Part shown: positions 48,760-59,579 of the stretch, in pieces
Position numbering within the stretch: the stretch's first letter is position 1
How the letters are laid out: the number at the start of each line of letters is the position of its first letter
Assembly (NCBI GenBank): GCA_040285855.1
Contig: JAUFOQ010000002.1
Location: 1,922,001 to 1,986,000, forward strand
Length of the DNA: 64,000 nt
Reading direction: 5' to 3'
From: Eukaryota sp. GEM-RC1
Lineage: Eukaryota
Made by a program: the position numbers and the translations under genes
The notes under the pieces: model-generated
The model's database searches: none
Told to the model about the DNA's origin: nothing
Seen by the model: only the letters and a program-made list of their open reading frames with translations

Positions 48760-51732
48760 ATGAAAACTACTCTGGCAGATTGGATGTCACTGGAATCCTT
48801 GATAACAGTTTACCGCTTTCTGTCAAGAAATATTCGACCTCCGGAGCATCTTATCCATGAACTTCAACAGAAAATCAAACAACCTATCCGTCCTTTATGT
48901 CCTGGTGGTGTAGCTCTTCCCTTACCAGACTTTCCGAGTGAACACACTTTCGGTACCCACAACGTCCAATTCACTTCCTTCTCTGATCTCTCTGGTCCCA
49001 ATCTCAACTCCTTTGACAAGAGCCGTATAAAGCTTCCCCCATCTTCTACATCCGTCAAAACTCTCCAACAAATAGCTGAAATACGAGAAACTCGTATTCT
49101 TGATCGCATTGTCTCCCGTAAACAAGAACTCACCGAGTTCATGGCAATGGTTCCCCCCGAAGTCCAAGCCACTCTAGACCCTTCCCTAAAAGCCATTGAT
49201 CTCATTCCCCTCCAACGTCGTCTCCGTGTAAGAGCCTCTGAACTTCTTACCAGAATCAATCGCGTCAACGCTCCTCCTCCCTCTTGTCTCTCTCTTGCTC
49301 CCCTCTACACTCCCTCGGAGTCACTGTCAGAGGAGAAGAATGCATCAAGAAGACGTAAGCAGAAACGGGCCGCTTTTCTTGACTCTATTCTTACTGCCCA
49401 TAAGAAATACACTATTGAGAAGACTACTAAACAACGAAACAGAATGAAGATTAGTAGGTCAGTGGTAGCCTACCTTCAAGCTAAGGATAAGAAGGAAGCT
49501 ATGGAGAAGGAAAGGGGTCAGCGAGAACGTCTACGGTTGTTGAAGGCGAATGATGTTGAAGCTTATATGAACTTAGTTCAGGAGCATAAGAAAGATCGTT
49601 TATTAGCTTTAATTCAACAAACTGAGAATTACCTACAATCTATTGGTGCAATGGTTGAAAGTGAACGTACAAAGGCTGCTGAAGAGCTAGAGAAGGAACC
49701 AGTTACTGAGATTAAAGAGGAAATGAAGAAGAAAACTTATTACACCATCGCTCATAAAATTGAAGAAGAAGTAGTTGGCCAACCAGATTCCCTAGAGTTT
49801 GGACAGTTAAAGGGGTATCAAATAGAAGGTCTCAAATGGCTAGTTTCTCTGTTTAATAACAAACTTAATGGAATTCTGGCTGATGAGATGGGTCTGGGTA
49901 AAACTATTCAAACTATTGCATTGATCACATATCTTTATGAAAAGAAGAATGTGAATGGGCAATTCTTAATCATCGTCCCACTGTCAACTGTTGCTAATTG
50001 GCAGTCAGAGTTTGCTCGATGGGCTCCTCATATCAACGTTATTAGATTTACTGGCGCAAAGGATCATCGTAAACAGTTATACAAGAACGTTGTCGAACCT
50101 CTTCAGTTTCAAGTCTGTATCACTACCTTTGACTTCATTATCAAAGACAAGAAGTATCTATCAAAGGTTTCTTGGCTGTACATTATTGTAGATGAAGGTC
50201 ATCGAATGAAAAACAGTGCTTGTAAGTTAACCACAATACTACGGAAGGATTACGCTTCTAGACATCGAGTTCTCCTTACTGGAACTCCTCTGCAAAACTC
50301 CCTGCCTGAGCTGTGGTCGCTACTCAATTGGTTGTTACCTAATATCTTTTCTGATGTTGGTTCCTTCCAGAATTGGTTTGCCGCTCCTTTTGATGATAAA
50401 AGAGAGCAAGACATTGACGAAGAAGAAGAGCTCTTGATTATTAATAGACTTCATCAAGTGTTGAGACCCTTCCTATTACGACGACTTAAAAGTGACGTGG
50501 AGGATCAATTACCAGGAAAGAAGGAGGTCATAATCAAAGTTCCTCTTTCTGCGTGGCAATCAGTTCTCTATACTCAGATCCAAATATCAAAAACTGCAGC
50601 AATGACCTCTGTTACTGGTAAAACTACGGTTAAAGGAATGCAGAATACTCTAATGCAGTTGAGGAAGGTTTGCAATCACCCATGGGTCTTTTTCGAAAAT
50701 GGCATTTATGACGTTGATCCTGGTGAAGATTTAATCCGAGTATCTGGTAAGTTTGTTCTTTTAGACCGAGTCTTACCAAAACTCAAAGCAACTGGTCATA
50801 AAGTCCTGATATTTACCCAAATGGTACAAATCATGGACTACCTCTCCTTGTTCTTGTCTTACAGGGGATATCAACACTTGAGACTGGACGGTTCTACCAA
50901 GGCTGACGATAGAGGAACTCTTCTCACTCAGTTTAATGATCCTGAGTCGCCATTTTTTGTTTTTCTTTTGTCAACTAGAGCGGGAGGTTTGGGTCTGAAT
51001 CTACAGGCTGCTGATACTGTAATCATTTTTGATAGTGATTGGAATCCACAGGCTGATTTGCAAGCTCAAGATCGTGCTCATCGACTGGGACAAACCAATG
51101 AAGTTAGAGTCCTACGTCTATGCACCACCACTCCAATTGAAGAGAACATTCTGTCTAAAGCTCATCATAAGCTAGATATTGATTCAAAGATTATTCAAGC
51201 AGGACTTTACAATCCCAATGCTACTAACGAGGAAAGGAAAGCAGCTCTAGAAGATCTTCTACATCGTCCTTCTTCCTCAATGACTGATGTTACGCTTGGA
51301 TCAAGGTTAGAAGAAGTTAATAGACAGCTAGCACGATCAGATGAAGAGTTGGAGATTTTTACAAGGATGGATGAGGATTTCGAAGGGAAACGTCGTATAA
51401 TCTATCAAATGGATTCACCTCCACCCGAGTTAATAACCATGGAAGAACTCCCTGATTGGCTTGTTAACCCTCCAAAAGAGAGAAGTCTTGAAGACGACCT
51501 AGCGTTGTATGGAAGAGGTGGTAAGAGGAGAGCTGCAGCCGTGAAGTATACAGCAGATGAAGATGATGAAGATGATGAGTATATTAAAGCAATCATTGAG
51601 GAGTATATTTCTCCAGATGAAGAGGAGGTCCAGAGTGCAGCTGAATTGAGTGATTCTGAGGAAGGTTCGCCTGATGCTGGAGTGTTTAGAAGAAGTTCAG
51701 GAGAGGAGGATTTGAAAAGGTGGTGTAGTTAG
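48760..51732 (+). CDS. SNF2: SWI/SNF catalytic ATPase, SNF2/BRG1/BRM subfamily (QLQ-HSA-ATPase-SnAC, no bromodomain)
   Basis: QLQ-like ITVYRFLSRNIRPPEHL; HSA ERLRLLKANDVEAY; NGILADEMGLGKTIQT, VDEGHRMKN, TGTPLQNSLPELWSLLN, MQLRKVCNHP, LSTRAGGLGLNLQAADTV, QAQDRAHRLGQ; SnAC LITMEELPDW. Confidence 0.95.
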   Translation: MKTTLADWMSLESLITVYRFLSRNIRPPEHLIHELQQKIKQPIRPLCPGGVALPLPDFPSEHTFGTHNVQFTSFSDLSGPNLNSFDKSRIKLPPSSTSVKTLQQIAEIRETRILDRIVSRKQELTEFMAMVPPEVQATLDPSLKAIDLIPLQRRLRVRASELLTRINRVNAPPPSCLSLAPLYTPSESLSEEKNASRRRKQKRAAFLDSILTAHKKYTIEKTTKQRNRMKISRSVVAYLQAKDKKEAMEKERGQRERLRLLKANDVEAYMNLVQEHKKDRLLALIQQTENYLQSIGAMVESERTKAAEELEKEPVTEIKEEMKKKTYYTIAHKIEEEVVGQPDSLEFGQLKGYQIEGLKWLVSLFNNKLNGILADEMGLGKTIQTIALITYLYEKKNVNGQFLIIVPLSTVANWQSEFARWAPHINVIRFTGAKDHRKQLYKNVVEPLQFQVCITTFDFIIKDKKYLSKVSWLYIIVDEGHRMKNSACKLTTILRKDYASRHRVLLTGTPLQNSLPELWSLLNWLLPNIFSDVGSFQNWFAAPFDDKREQDIDEEEELLIINRLHQVLRPFLLRRLKSDVEDQLPGKKEVIIKVPLSAWQSVLYTQIQISKTAAMTSVTGKTTVKGMQNTLMQLRKVCNHPWVFFENGIYDVDPGEDLIRVSGKFVLLDRVLPKLKATGHKVLIFTQMVQIMDYLSLFLSYRGYQHLRLDGSTKADDRGTLLTQFNDPESPFFVFLLSTRAGGLGLNLQAADTVIIFDSDWNPQADLQAQDRAHRLGQTNEVRVLRLCTTTPIEENILSKAHHKLDIDSKIIQAGLYNPNATNEERKAALEDLLHRPSSSMTDVTLGSRLEEVNRQLARSDEELEIFTRMDEDFEGKRRIIYQMDSPPPELITMEELPDWLVNPPKERSLEDDLALYGRGGKRRAAAVKYTADEDDEDDEYIKAIIEEYISPDEEEVQSAAELSDSEEGSPDAGVFRRSSGEEDLKRWCS

Positions 51733-51899
51733 TGTGTTTTGTACTTTCTAATCATTATTATCAAGTTTTCAGTTTATTAATTAAAACTCTAATCTAATTT
51801 CTAGTTGTGTTTTGAGCCAAATTGAAAAGAAAAACACTGCTAGTGGAATCATTGTTGAAATGTACCTTCATTGTTGCATGCACTGAATAATGTTAAGTT

Positions 51900-52160
51900 A
51901 TACATTTATTGATAATTTATGGCCATTATAAATGGTAACATTTTCATAACTGTCTTTTTTACAAACATCAACTGTTATCACATCAACAACCGCCAGATCC
52001 TCGTTGACTGATAAAACAATGACATCTGCTCGTTTTTTTCCCAAAGTTCTGTCAAAGACAGTATAAAACAATAAAACAAACAACATCCATCATGTCACCA
52101 TCAACAGAAGCATTATCCTCATAAAATGAAATCAAATTTCGACTAATAATTCGAGTGTTA
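51900..52160 (-). mobile_element. Internal fragment of the RLE-type non-LTR retrotransposon
   Basis: LGKKRADVIVLS..LAVVDVITVDVCKK matches FGKRRADVVVPS..LFVVDVVSV near 60900-60970. Confidence 0.6.
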
Positions 52161-52250
52161 AAAGAGAATGTCGACATTGTTCAATTTTACACGTAAAAGA
52201 CTCATACAAATACTAATAACTGATACAAAACCAAAAAATTGACATCTATT

Positions 52251-52790
52251 TTATTTAATATCAAACTTAACACCTGTTTCTTCCAATGTATCCTCTTCGA
52301 TTAATCTAGCTTGACCTCTGTTCTGTATAACTGAGATCGCACGTAGAATTAGATCATACGGACATCCCATTAGAGGAGTTCCACGAGCAAGATCACCGTG
52401 ACTTAGCTCATACAGTGTACAAACAGAATTTTTCTGCCCATACTTATCCAATATTGAAGAAAGGATGTCTGCCCATTCTTCAGGAGTTCTGAAGAAGATT
52501 AAAGCTCGTTGTTTGTCTATGCTACACCATTCGGCACGACCTTTATGGACCAGCGCATCTATAACTCTGACAATCTGAGTCTCGTCAAGTCTTCTGTTGA
52601 TTGCAGCGTTCGTGAAAAGGTCAGAGCTCTGCATTTCTGAAGGAATTATGAAGTAGTGTGTGTGATGCTGACAATAGTCTAATACTAGTTGACACCATGA
52701 TTCAAGTTGTTTTGTTAGAGTATCTACAACAGGTTGAAGAGTGAAGAATGGGGGAAAGTTGTATAGTTCTGGAAAAGAAAATGAAGACAT
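52251..52790 (-). CDS. VPS25: ESCRT-II subunit Vps25
   Basis: FSFPELYNFPPFFTLQP, QLESWCQLVLDYC, LFTNAAINRRL, RTPEEWA, VCTLYEL, GVKF. Confidence 0.95.
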   Translation of the reverse strand: MSSFSFPELYNFPPFFTLQPVVDTLTKQLESWCQLVLDYCQHHTHYFIIPSEMQSSDLFTNAAINRRLDETQIVRVIDALVHKGRAEWCSIDKQRALIFFRTPEEWADILSSILDKYGQKNSVCTLYELSHGDLARGTPLMGCPYDLILRAISVIQNRGQARLIEEDTLEETGVKFDIK

Positions 52791-53084
52791 TGAACCGGGA
52801 GTATGGTAAATAAAAAACTATTTTCTGATTAAAGTGCGCTATCCTGGATTGGTGATCACTGTATATCGCTACTGTGTTCAGACTTGGTTATGGTCTTGAT
52901 TCCTGGTCATCAATGTTTTGACTGTCATTTAATACTTTGTTATGTTATAAAACAATACATAATTTTGATGGCCAGTGGTTACACTGTACACTTGGAATGT
53001 CTGGATGAGGGTCAACCTCCTCGAGAATGCGGTTGCCACTGATGACGTCGACCGAATTTCTTTTTTGTCACTTTTGTCCAGATC

Positions 53085-53748
53085 ATGCACGAACTTTTCC
53101 AGGAAACGGTTTTGAACCCACAGTTCTGGCGCTCGGTCTTGACAATTGTACTTTCTCCTTTACTTTGGAATGTTATCTCACGCTTTGAACACAATACCAA
53201 GGCTTTGTCGAGATTCTTTAGAAGTAAGTACGTCGCTTGCTATCTCTTTGCGATTTATGTCTTCTTCTTTTCAATGTATCGAGATTTCCTCTTCAAGTTG
53301 ACTGTGATCCAAAGTCATAGTTACCACTCTTTAGTTCCAGAATATCTCGAACTCCCCTTGACTATGTTCACTCACTGGCTCTTTGTCACCGGAGGACTTT
53401 TTAGTCGTAATGAGTAGCTTGCGCTTAAAGATCATTGGTTTGTATCCGTTTTACCATCTTATCCTAGGAACTTATTGTGGAGACTATTTCGATATCTTTC
53501 CATTCGATGCTCCTATTACCGCTTTCCCTTTCAATTTTTGTGGGAACCCAATGTATGTAGGTAGTTCAATGTTGTTTTTGGCTTTCTCTCTTTTCCATTA
53601 TTCCTTGGTGGGATTAGTACTTACTGTTGTAGTCATAGTGAGTTATACTATTGCTCTACGATATGAAGAACCCTTTACAAAGTATATTTATGAACAAAAG
53701 GCCTTGTTCGATGGGAAAAGACGGAATAATTCTGTCAATAAAGTGTAG
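53085..53748 (+). CDS. PEMT: Phosphatidyl-N-methylethanolamine N-methyltransferase (PEMT/Opi3 family)
   Basis: PLLWNVISRFEHNTK, ACYLFA, GTYCGDYF, TAFPFN..NPMYVGS, ALRYEEPFTKYIY; one indel in the T-run near 53400 and a 30-nt intron. Confidence 0.92.
53438..53467 (+). other. 30-nt spliceosomal intron (in frame, stop-free)
   Basis: GTTTGT...TCCTAG; removal gives LKIIGTYCGDYF, the family motif spacing. Confidence 0.75.
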
Positions 53749-53871
53749 AAACTGAATTTGTTTTTCAATTAACGTAGAACTTAAAAATAACATTAATTAA
53801 AATACACAGAGAGAAAGCAATTTTCCAAGGTGGAAATGCTTAAAAACCAAGCCACAATCAACATATTTGTT

Positions 53872-54738
53872 TCATATGTTCAATAATGCTCCAAAAGTGA
53901 CCGCCAAAGATCCTTGAGAATCAACTGTCTCATCATCCTCAAGAACTAGAACCTTCTCTCGAGTCAAAGCACGAGGAGTTTTAGTAACAGGAGAAATAAA
54001 CAGATCATCTTCCAAATCACGATCAAAAGATAAAGGTGAGACGGGGTCCTGCAGCTCCTTTGAGATCTCCAGGGCATCCATAATCTGACTGTCTTCATCG
54101 TCAGATAATGTGGAAGGTGTAGAAATAAAGCGACGTCTGAATGCAGATCCAGACAAAAAAGGACTAGGTGAATTCTGTCTGGGAGTTTTTTGGAAAGACG
54201 ATACACTTGAGTTGGGGATGTAAGCATGGGGTTCTTCAGGAGGAGGATTGGAATCGTCATCAAGATTAGGATTAAGACGTCTGCTACGTCGAACAGGAGA
54301 GAAGGCAATTGGAGATCCTAGTTCTTTGATCAATTTTGGTTTCACTTTGCGTTGAGCAAGGACAACAGTAGAACCATAGCGAGATGAGTCAACTGTTGAG
54401 CGTAGATTGGCTTTGTTGCGTGGAGTTTTAGGAGGAAGTTTAGGCTTCTCTGGTTCAGGTTGAGGTGAAGAAGGAGATACAATTGAATCTGTAGGTTCAG
54501 TTTTAGCAAAAGGAGATGATGGCAACGGATCAGAAGGTTCCGATTTCACAAAAATGGAAGAAGGTGTTTCTATGGGTTTGGTAGATCGCTGAAGGGATCT
54601 TGAAGATCCAAGTGTTTGTCTTTGAGCCGAAAACCGAGGTGTAAGTTTGTCTACTTCAGTTCCAGTCATTCCAGGTGGTCTTCGCATAGTACGGCCCTTA
54701 CTGGCCCTCCATAATTCCAGTTGTTTGCGGCGATCCAT
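53872..54738 (-). CDS. Ser/Pro-rich, probably disordered protein with CKAP2-like motifs
   Basis: Intact 288-aa ORF; RRKQLELWRASKG and SPVRRSRRL...YIPNSSV resemble CKAP2-family motifs (short-motif similarity only). Confidence 0.5.
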   Translation of the reverse strand: MDRRKQLELWRASKGRTMRRPPGMTGTEVDKLTPRFSAQRQTLGSSRSLQRSTKPIETPSSIFVKSEPSDPLPSSPFAKTEPTDSIVSPSSPQPEPEKPKLPPKTPRNKANLRSTVDSSRYGSTVVLAQRKVKPKLIKELGSPIAFSPVRRSRRLNPNLDDDSNPPPEEPHAYIPNSSVSSFQKTPRQNSPSPFLSGSAFRRRFISTPSTLSDDEDSQIMDALEISKELQDPVSPLSFDRDLEDDLFISPVTKTPRALTREKVLVLEDDETVDSQGSLAVTFGALLNI

Positions 54739-55098
54739 GAGGATTGATTTGCATAAAACGGTTTTTGTTCACCTTCTTATCACAATTACCTCTTCGATTC
54801 TATGATGTAAGAATAAGAGGCTTCGAACAATTGTCAGCAACTTTTCAAGATCTATTGTATACATTTTGACCATTAGTTCGTGTCATCCTTACATAATGTC
54901 AAAGTTCTCAACTGAATATTGTTACTGTTATTGGAAATGTCATTTCTAATTAAATGACTAAGTTAAGAATGGTGGTCGAATTATGTGTACTTGACAACAA
55001 ATGGAGCCTCAAATTTACTGTCCGAAATCAAAAATAATAATATAAATAAATTGATATAAGTTGACCTACATACATTTACAATGAAATATGATTCGATT

Positions 55099-58032
55099 TT
55101 ATTTACAATAAAGTGTGTTTTTAAGCTGAGTGTTTTCCATTCGCAAAGTATGGCATTCATTACAAAAGAACTCCAAAAACAGTGGCATTAGCATATAGTT
55201 CAGTTCCTGCATTGTTGGTGTGAGAAATTGAAATTTTTCAAATTGTTTCAGACTAATATAAAAACTCTCAAGTTCTACAGATTTTGGTTTGATCTCTGTA
55301 ATTAATAACTTAATAAAACTAGGAGACCACCCATCGACATCTTCTTGAACTGAATGAAAAAGACAATTCAATAACCACGTAACATGTTCTCCTTTGATGT
55401 TTTTGAAGAATGACGAAATTTCTGAAATATTTGGACAGAATTTTACTACAGGTAAGCTCTCAGCAGAATGTTTTCCAATAATTTGCATTATCATTTCTCC
55501 AGTTTCATTTACAAACTCAGAAGTATTAGAATCAATTGAGAACTCAATCAGCCACTTTAAACAAGGAATAGGTGGAGGTGAATTCTTGAAGAAATTTAAA
55601 AATTTTGTAAACACAACAGGGAAAAGAAAAGAGGGACAACCTATAAGAATGTTAAACAACATCATACCTTCAGCTTCTAAGAATTCAATTTCAGTTAAAA
55701 ACTGTTTCAATTCTTTTAGAGAACAATAGTCTTCATCTTGTAAAACTCCTAAAACCAAAGAATTCAGCAACCACCACTTGTCAACAGAATTCAAAAGTGA
55801 TTGTATAGTATTGAAGGAAAGTGGAATAGGTTGATGAGAGAACTTGATAGTATCTTTAACAACTTTAGACAAAGACTTAAGCTTATTGAAAAGTTGAGGA
55901 AATTGAGAAACAAAATGATGAAAATTTAAAATTTCAACATCCCGGAGAATTGCTTTTAGATGGTCTTTTGTAAGACTCAACTGGCTTGGATCATTTAGAA
56001 GTTCTTCAATGATTTGGGATAACCAATCAATTTTGAAATACTGTGAAAAATAGAAGACACTTAAAACATCTGCACACTTGAAGTCAAAATCTTTACAGAC
56101 GAATACTTGAAATAATGAGGTCAGTATATCAGAGTCAAATATTTCAGAGGGAAATTTTGCAGAAAAATCAAAATTTGTTTCGAAATGATGATTGCTCAAG
56201 GGATGAGTGAACTCATTTAAAAAATACTCGGACACAGAAGCCAAAATGACTTTGTTGCTGGTGAAATAAAAACTATTCACAACAATTGAAATATCAAATT
56301 CACATTTTGAAACTGACATTTCCAGATCTGACCTGTGTAATTTGAATTTAATTTCTGTTTTGCCTTGAAAACCTTGAACAATGATATCATTACAGAGCTT
56401 TTCAAGTTGTGAGAATTTTAAAAATTTGGCAATTGTAATAATTTCGAAAAAAATGTTTGGTGTGACAGTAATTGTTTCACCATAAAACGTCATTAATACT
56501 TGATCAAGAAGATCTAACATTGGAAATAGATGATCTGGTAACTCAAAAGAAGTAACTTTAGACTCCAGGTTCAAAAAGAAATCAGAAAAAAGATTTAAAA
56601 CTGACCTGTGCATAGAGAATGAATGATTTGATTTAACCAACTCAAAATCAATCAAATTTGATGACGATTGAAGAGCTTTGAGTTGTTTGAAGTGTTTAAG
56701 TTTAACTCTTTTTGTGAGTGAGTGACTTTTGTTTGAGTTTTTGTTAATTTGTTGACATTTATGATTCGAAATGCTCTGAACCACTGACTCCACTTCGTCC
56801 TCACTTGTCATGACGTGGTCATGATCACGTGAGTGTTGCTCCACCAAAGGCTGTGGTAGTGAACTATCAACTGGTTCTATGTCAGAAACTTCACTTTGAA
56901 TCTGATCTTGTTGTAAATTCATTTGATTGTCATGTTTGATCATTTGGTCGATTGCATCCTTCGTTGGAGAGTAAGAATTTGCATTTGCTTTAAAAGTGTT
57001 TGTCATAAAAGACTTATCAAGGAGATGAAAATCTTGAAGCAAACGAATAGGATCTTGAGCTTCTGCAGCATTCAGAAACTCACTTTCAACTGAAAACCGT
57101 GTAGAACTACTAGTTGTAGATTTAGACTTTAGTGCAGATTGTTTGATTTTTTGAGGCGAACGACTAGAGTTGGTTTGTTCTTTGAGCTGATTGCAGTGAT
57201 CAAAATCAACACTTTCTGAGGGTGTTGGACTTATGAGTGAGTTTGTTTCAATTTTGTGACGTTTGTCATTGAATGACAATTTGCCGTGGGCAACATACAC
57301 TGTTGTTTTTTCATTTGCCTCTACGTGAACATGATCACGTGAGTGTTGGTCCTGTGGTAGTGAACTATCAACTGGTTCTATGTCAGAAACTTCACTTTGA
57401 ATCTGATCTTGTGGTTGTGAATTCATTTGATTGTCATGTTTGTTCATTTGGTAGATTGCATCCTTCGTTGGAGAGTAAGAATTTGAATTTGCTTTAAAAG
57501 CGTTTGTCACAATAGACTTATCAAAGAGAGGAAAGACTTCAAACAAACGATTTAGATCTCGAACTTCAGCAGCATTCATAAACTCACTTTCAACTGAAAA
57601 CTGTGAAGACTGGCTGGTTGAAGATTTAGACTTCGTTGGTACATGTTTCCGTTTCATAATACTTTGACGAGAAACAGTGGGATTGGAATGTTCTTTGAAT
57701 GACTCAAGATGTACTTTGGTGGGTTTTTTCTTAAAATCGTTCGCGCAGTAGACTTGCCAAACCAACTCACGACTATGGTCCTGAAATTGACCACACAGAC
57801 TCTGGATATCACGATGTCTCGTTTTGAGAAGGTGATCAGCGGAAGAGGGATCACGAGCATGACATATAGCTTCGATGTGATCAGGGGGGAGAAAATGATA
57901 CTTCTTCTTGAGATTAACAGAAGAAGAAGATTGATTTTGTTTTGCCACACCACGTTTAGAACGCTGTTTGTCAGATTTACTCCTGGTAGACATGAAATGA
58001 GAATAGTGGAGTTTACAAAAATTCAATTTCAT
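55099..58032 (-). CDS. CUE-like repeat plus tandem BTB/POZ domain protein
   Basis: Intact 977-aa ORF; LNRLFEVFPLFDKSIVTNAFKAN (CUE-like, duplicated at about 56820-57129 and 57330-57633); BTBs DFELVKSNHSFSMHRSVLNLFSDFF and DISIVVNSFYFTSNKVILASVSEYF. Confidence 0.75.
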   Translation of the reverse strand: MKLNFCKLHYSHFMSTRSKSDKQRSKRGVAKQNQSSSSVNLKKKYHFLPPDHIEAICHARDPSSADHLLKTRHRDIQSLCGQFQDHSRELVWQVYCANDFKKKPTKVHLESFKEHSNPTVSRQSIMKRKHVPTKSKSSTSQSSQFSVESEFMNAAEVRDLNRLFEVFPLFDKSIVTNAFKANSNSYSPTKDAIYQMNKHDNQMNSQPQDQIQSEVSDIEPVDSSLPQDQHSRDHVHVEANEKTTVYVAHGKLSFNDKRHKIETNSLISPTPSESVDFDHCNQLKEQTNSSRSPQKIKQSALKSKSTTSSSTRFSVESEFLNAAEAQDPIRLLQDFHLLDKSFMTNTFKANANSYSPTKDAIDQMIKHDNQMNLQQDQIQSEVSDIEPVDSSLPQPLVEQHSRDHDHVMTSEDEVESVVQSISNHKCQQINKNSNKSHSLTKRVKLKHFKQLKALQSSSNLIDFELVKSNHSFSMHRSVLNLFSDFFLNLESKVTSFELPDHLFPMLDLLDQVLMTFYGETITVTPNIFFEIITIAKFLKFSQLEKLCNDIIVQGFQGKTEIKFKLHRSDLEMSVSKCEFDISIVVNSFYFTSNKVILASVSEYFLNEFTHPLSNHHFETNFDFSAKFPSEIFDSDILTSLFQVFVCKDFDFKCADVLSVFYFSQYFKIDWLSQIIEELLNDPSQLSLTKDHLKAILRDVEILNFHHFVSQFPQLFNKLKSLSKVVKDTIKFSHQPIPLSFNTIQSLLNSVDKWWLLNSLVLGVLQDEDYCSLKELKQFLTEIEFLEAEGMMLFNILIGCPSFLFPVVFTKFLNFFKNSPPPIPCLKWLIEFSIDSNTSEFVNETGEMIMQIIGKHSAESLPVVKFCPNISEISSFFKNIKGEHVTWLLNCLFHSVQEDVDGWSPSFIKLLITEIKPKSVELESFYISLKQFEKFQFLTPTMQELNYMLMPLFLEFFCNECHTLRMENTQLKNTLYCK

Positions 58033-58504
58033 TCCTTCTGTTGATTTCTTGAATTCTAAAGTAAAATATGAAATAGAATTCTCAGGGCATGACCGAATAA
58101 CCCCCTTATTTAATGGGACTTCTATTACGTGGGGAACTTATCCGATTGAATTTATGTCTTCAATTGTTCATGTATTTGAACAATAGAACTATGTTATATT
58201 CAATCTATTATACCGTAGGGAAATGTAAAGAGGGAGTGGGAGGAAATATTCATTGAGTGAACCCATCATTGGATATTTGTCCAAAATATTTGTGTTAAAG
58301 TTTCAAATGAGTTTTTATAAAAACACTAAAATTTTATTGGATTAATCGAATTATGTTCGCTCTTTATAGAAGCATTCCCAAGTATTTACGTTCCATTTAT
58401 TCGAAGTTGTAAAGGGACAATTCTCGTGTTGATGTGGAGAATTTAACTTCTTTCATTTTCTGAATTAGTATGTATTAATTTATTGTTGCAAATAAACCCT
58501 TGAA

Positions 58505-58785
58505 AAAATTTATTGATCACAATAACTTTATTCAACTCAGAAACAGCAAGATAGATACAAATACTAGAACTCAATATCATTAAAGCAACATTCATTGCCA
58601 TTAAAACTCACATCAGCCTTTTCTTCATAAATAATACTGACCGATAGTAGAGCATTCGATATGACAAATGGACTTGATTTAAGAATTCTAAAAACAATAC
58701 GATTCAACCACAAGTAAAAATCAAATTTCTTGCTCATTTTTTGACAATTTTCTCAAAATCAGAGAGAAAACAAAGAGCATCGGAA
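58505..58785 (-). mobile_element. 3' fragment of the RLE-type non-LTR retrotransposon
   Basis: FDFYLWLNRIVFRILK..ISNALLSVS..YEEKA..CCFNDIEF matches ORF 60502..60759. Confidence 0.65.
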
Positions 58786-59020
58786 TTTTCTCGGAATTGT
58801 GCGATGAGATACTTCAGAACTGTCTGATTGCGACGAGGCCATTGTTACTTTCTCCTGTTGTAGTTCGGGTGTTGATTGTCGCAATCAGCTCATCACTGGG
58901 ATAATGAGTAATAATTGCAGGTGCTCTATCTTAGAGCACCTTTTTCCCTTGTTATTAGGGCTGCTCTATTTGACAGGATACAGTAATAGGTGGTCCTCCA
59001 GGCGACTTCAACATCAATTA

Positions 59021-59578
59021 TAGAGCTGTCAACGGCTTCAGCCATATGGCTTGGCTTGGAAAATTCTAAACTGTCATGGCTTGGGCTTCAGTCTTTTGAG
59101 TAAGTCAAGCCATAGTGACAAGTCGACTTGAAGGTTTTCCAAGTCTATGTTTTTCGGCTTGAGAAAATATGCTTTTTAATGACAGTTGTTAATGTAGAAA
59201 CTCCTCAAAAACTACTGTTCTTTATAGTACAAAGGTGGATGATTCCTTGATGTCTTATGAATCTACAAAGCAGCATATTCATCGGTTTCGTAATCACTAC
59301 AATCAACTAATTCATAACCATAATTGAGCCAATCCTTTAAGTGCATTCACAAAGTTAGAGATTCGTCTGCAAAGTGATGATCTCTCTTTGCTCTTGATGC
59401 GGCCAGCAACGGAAGAAGTCGTTTCACAGGGAATTGGAGTAGCAGGATTGATGAGGAAATCTCTGCGATCCTTGCCAAAGTAGGATACCCCTTGCTGTAC
59501 AGTTTCCACCACATAAGCGGACATGATTTAATATCGTTTGGATGTAAACTCTTGTTTAAAATCAAAGTCATTCATTTA
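59021..59578 (-). mobile_element. One-ended hAT remnant (dimerization domain plus terminus)
   Basis: PLMWWKLYSKGYPTLARIA / RDFLINPATPIPCE; terminus TAGAGCTGTCAACGG with GGCTT subterminal repeats. Confidence 0.7.
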
Positions 59579-59579
59579 T

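Noticed and set aside
17356..53748. Functional clustering of SAM synthetase with the SAM-dependent PEMT
   Set aside because: About 35 kb apart with unrelated genes between them; no evidence of co-regulation.
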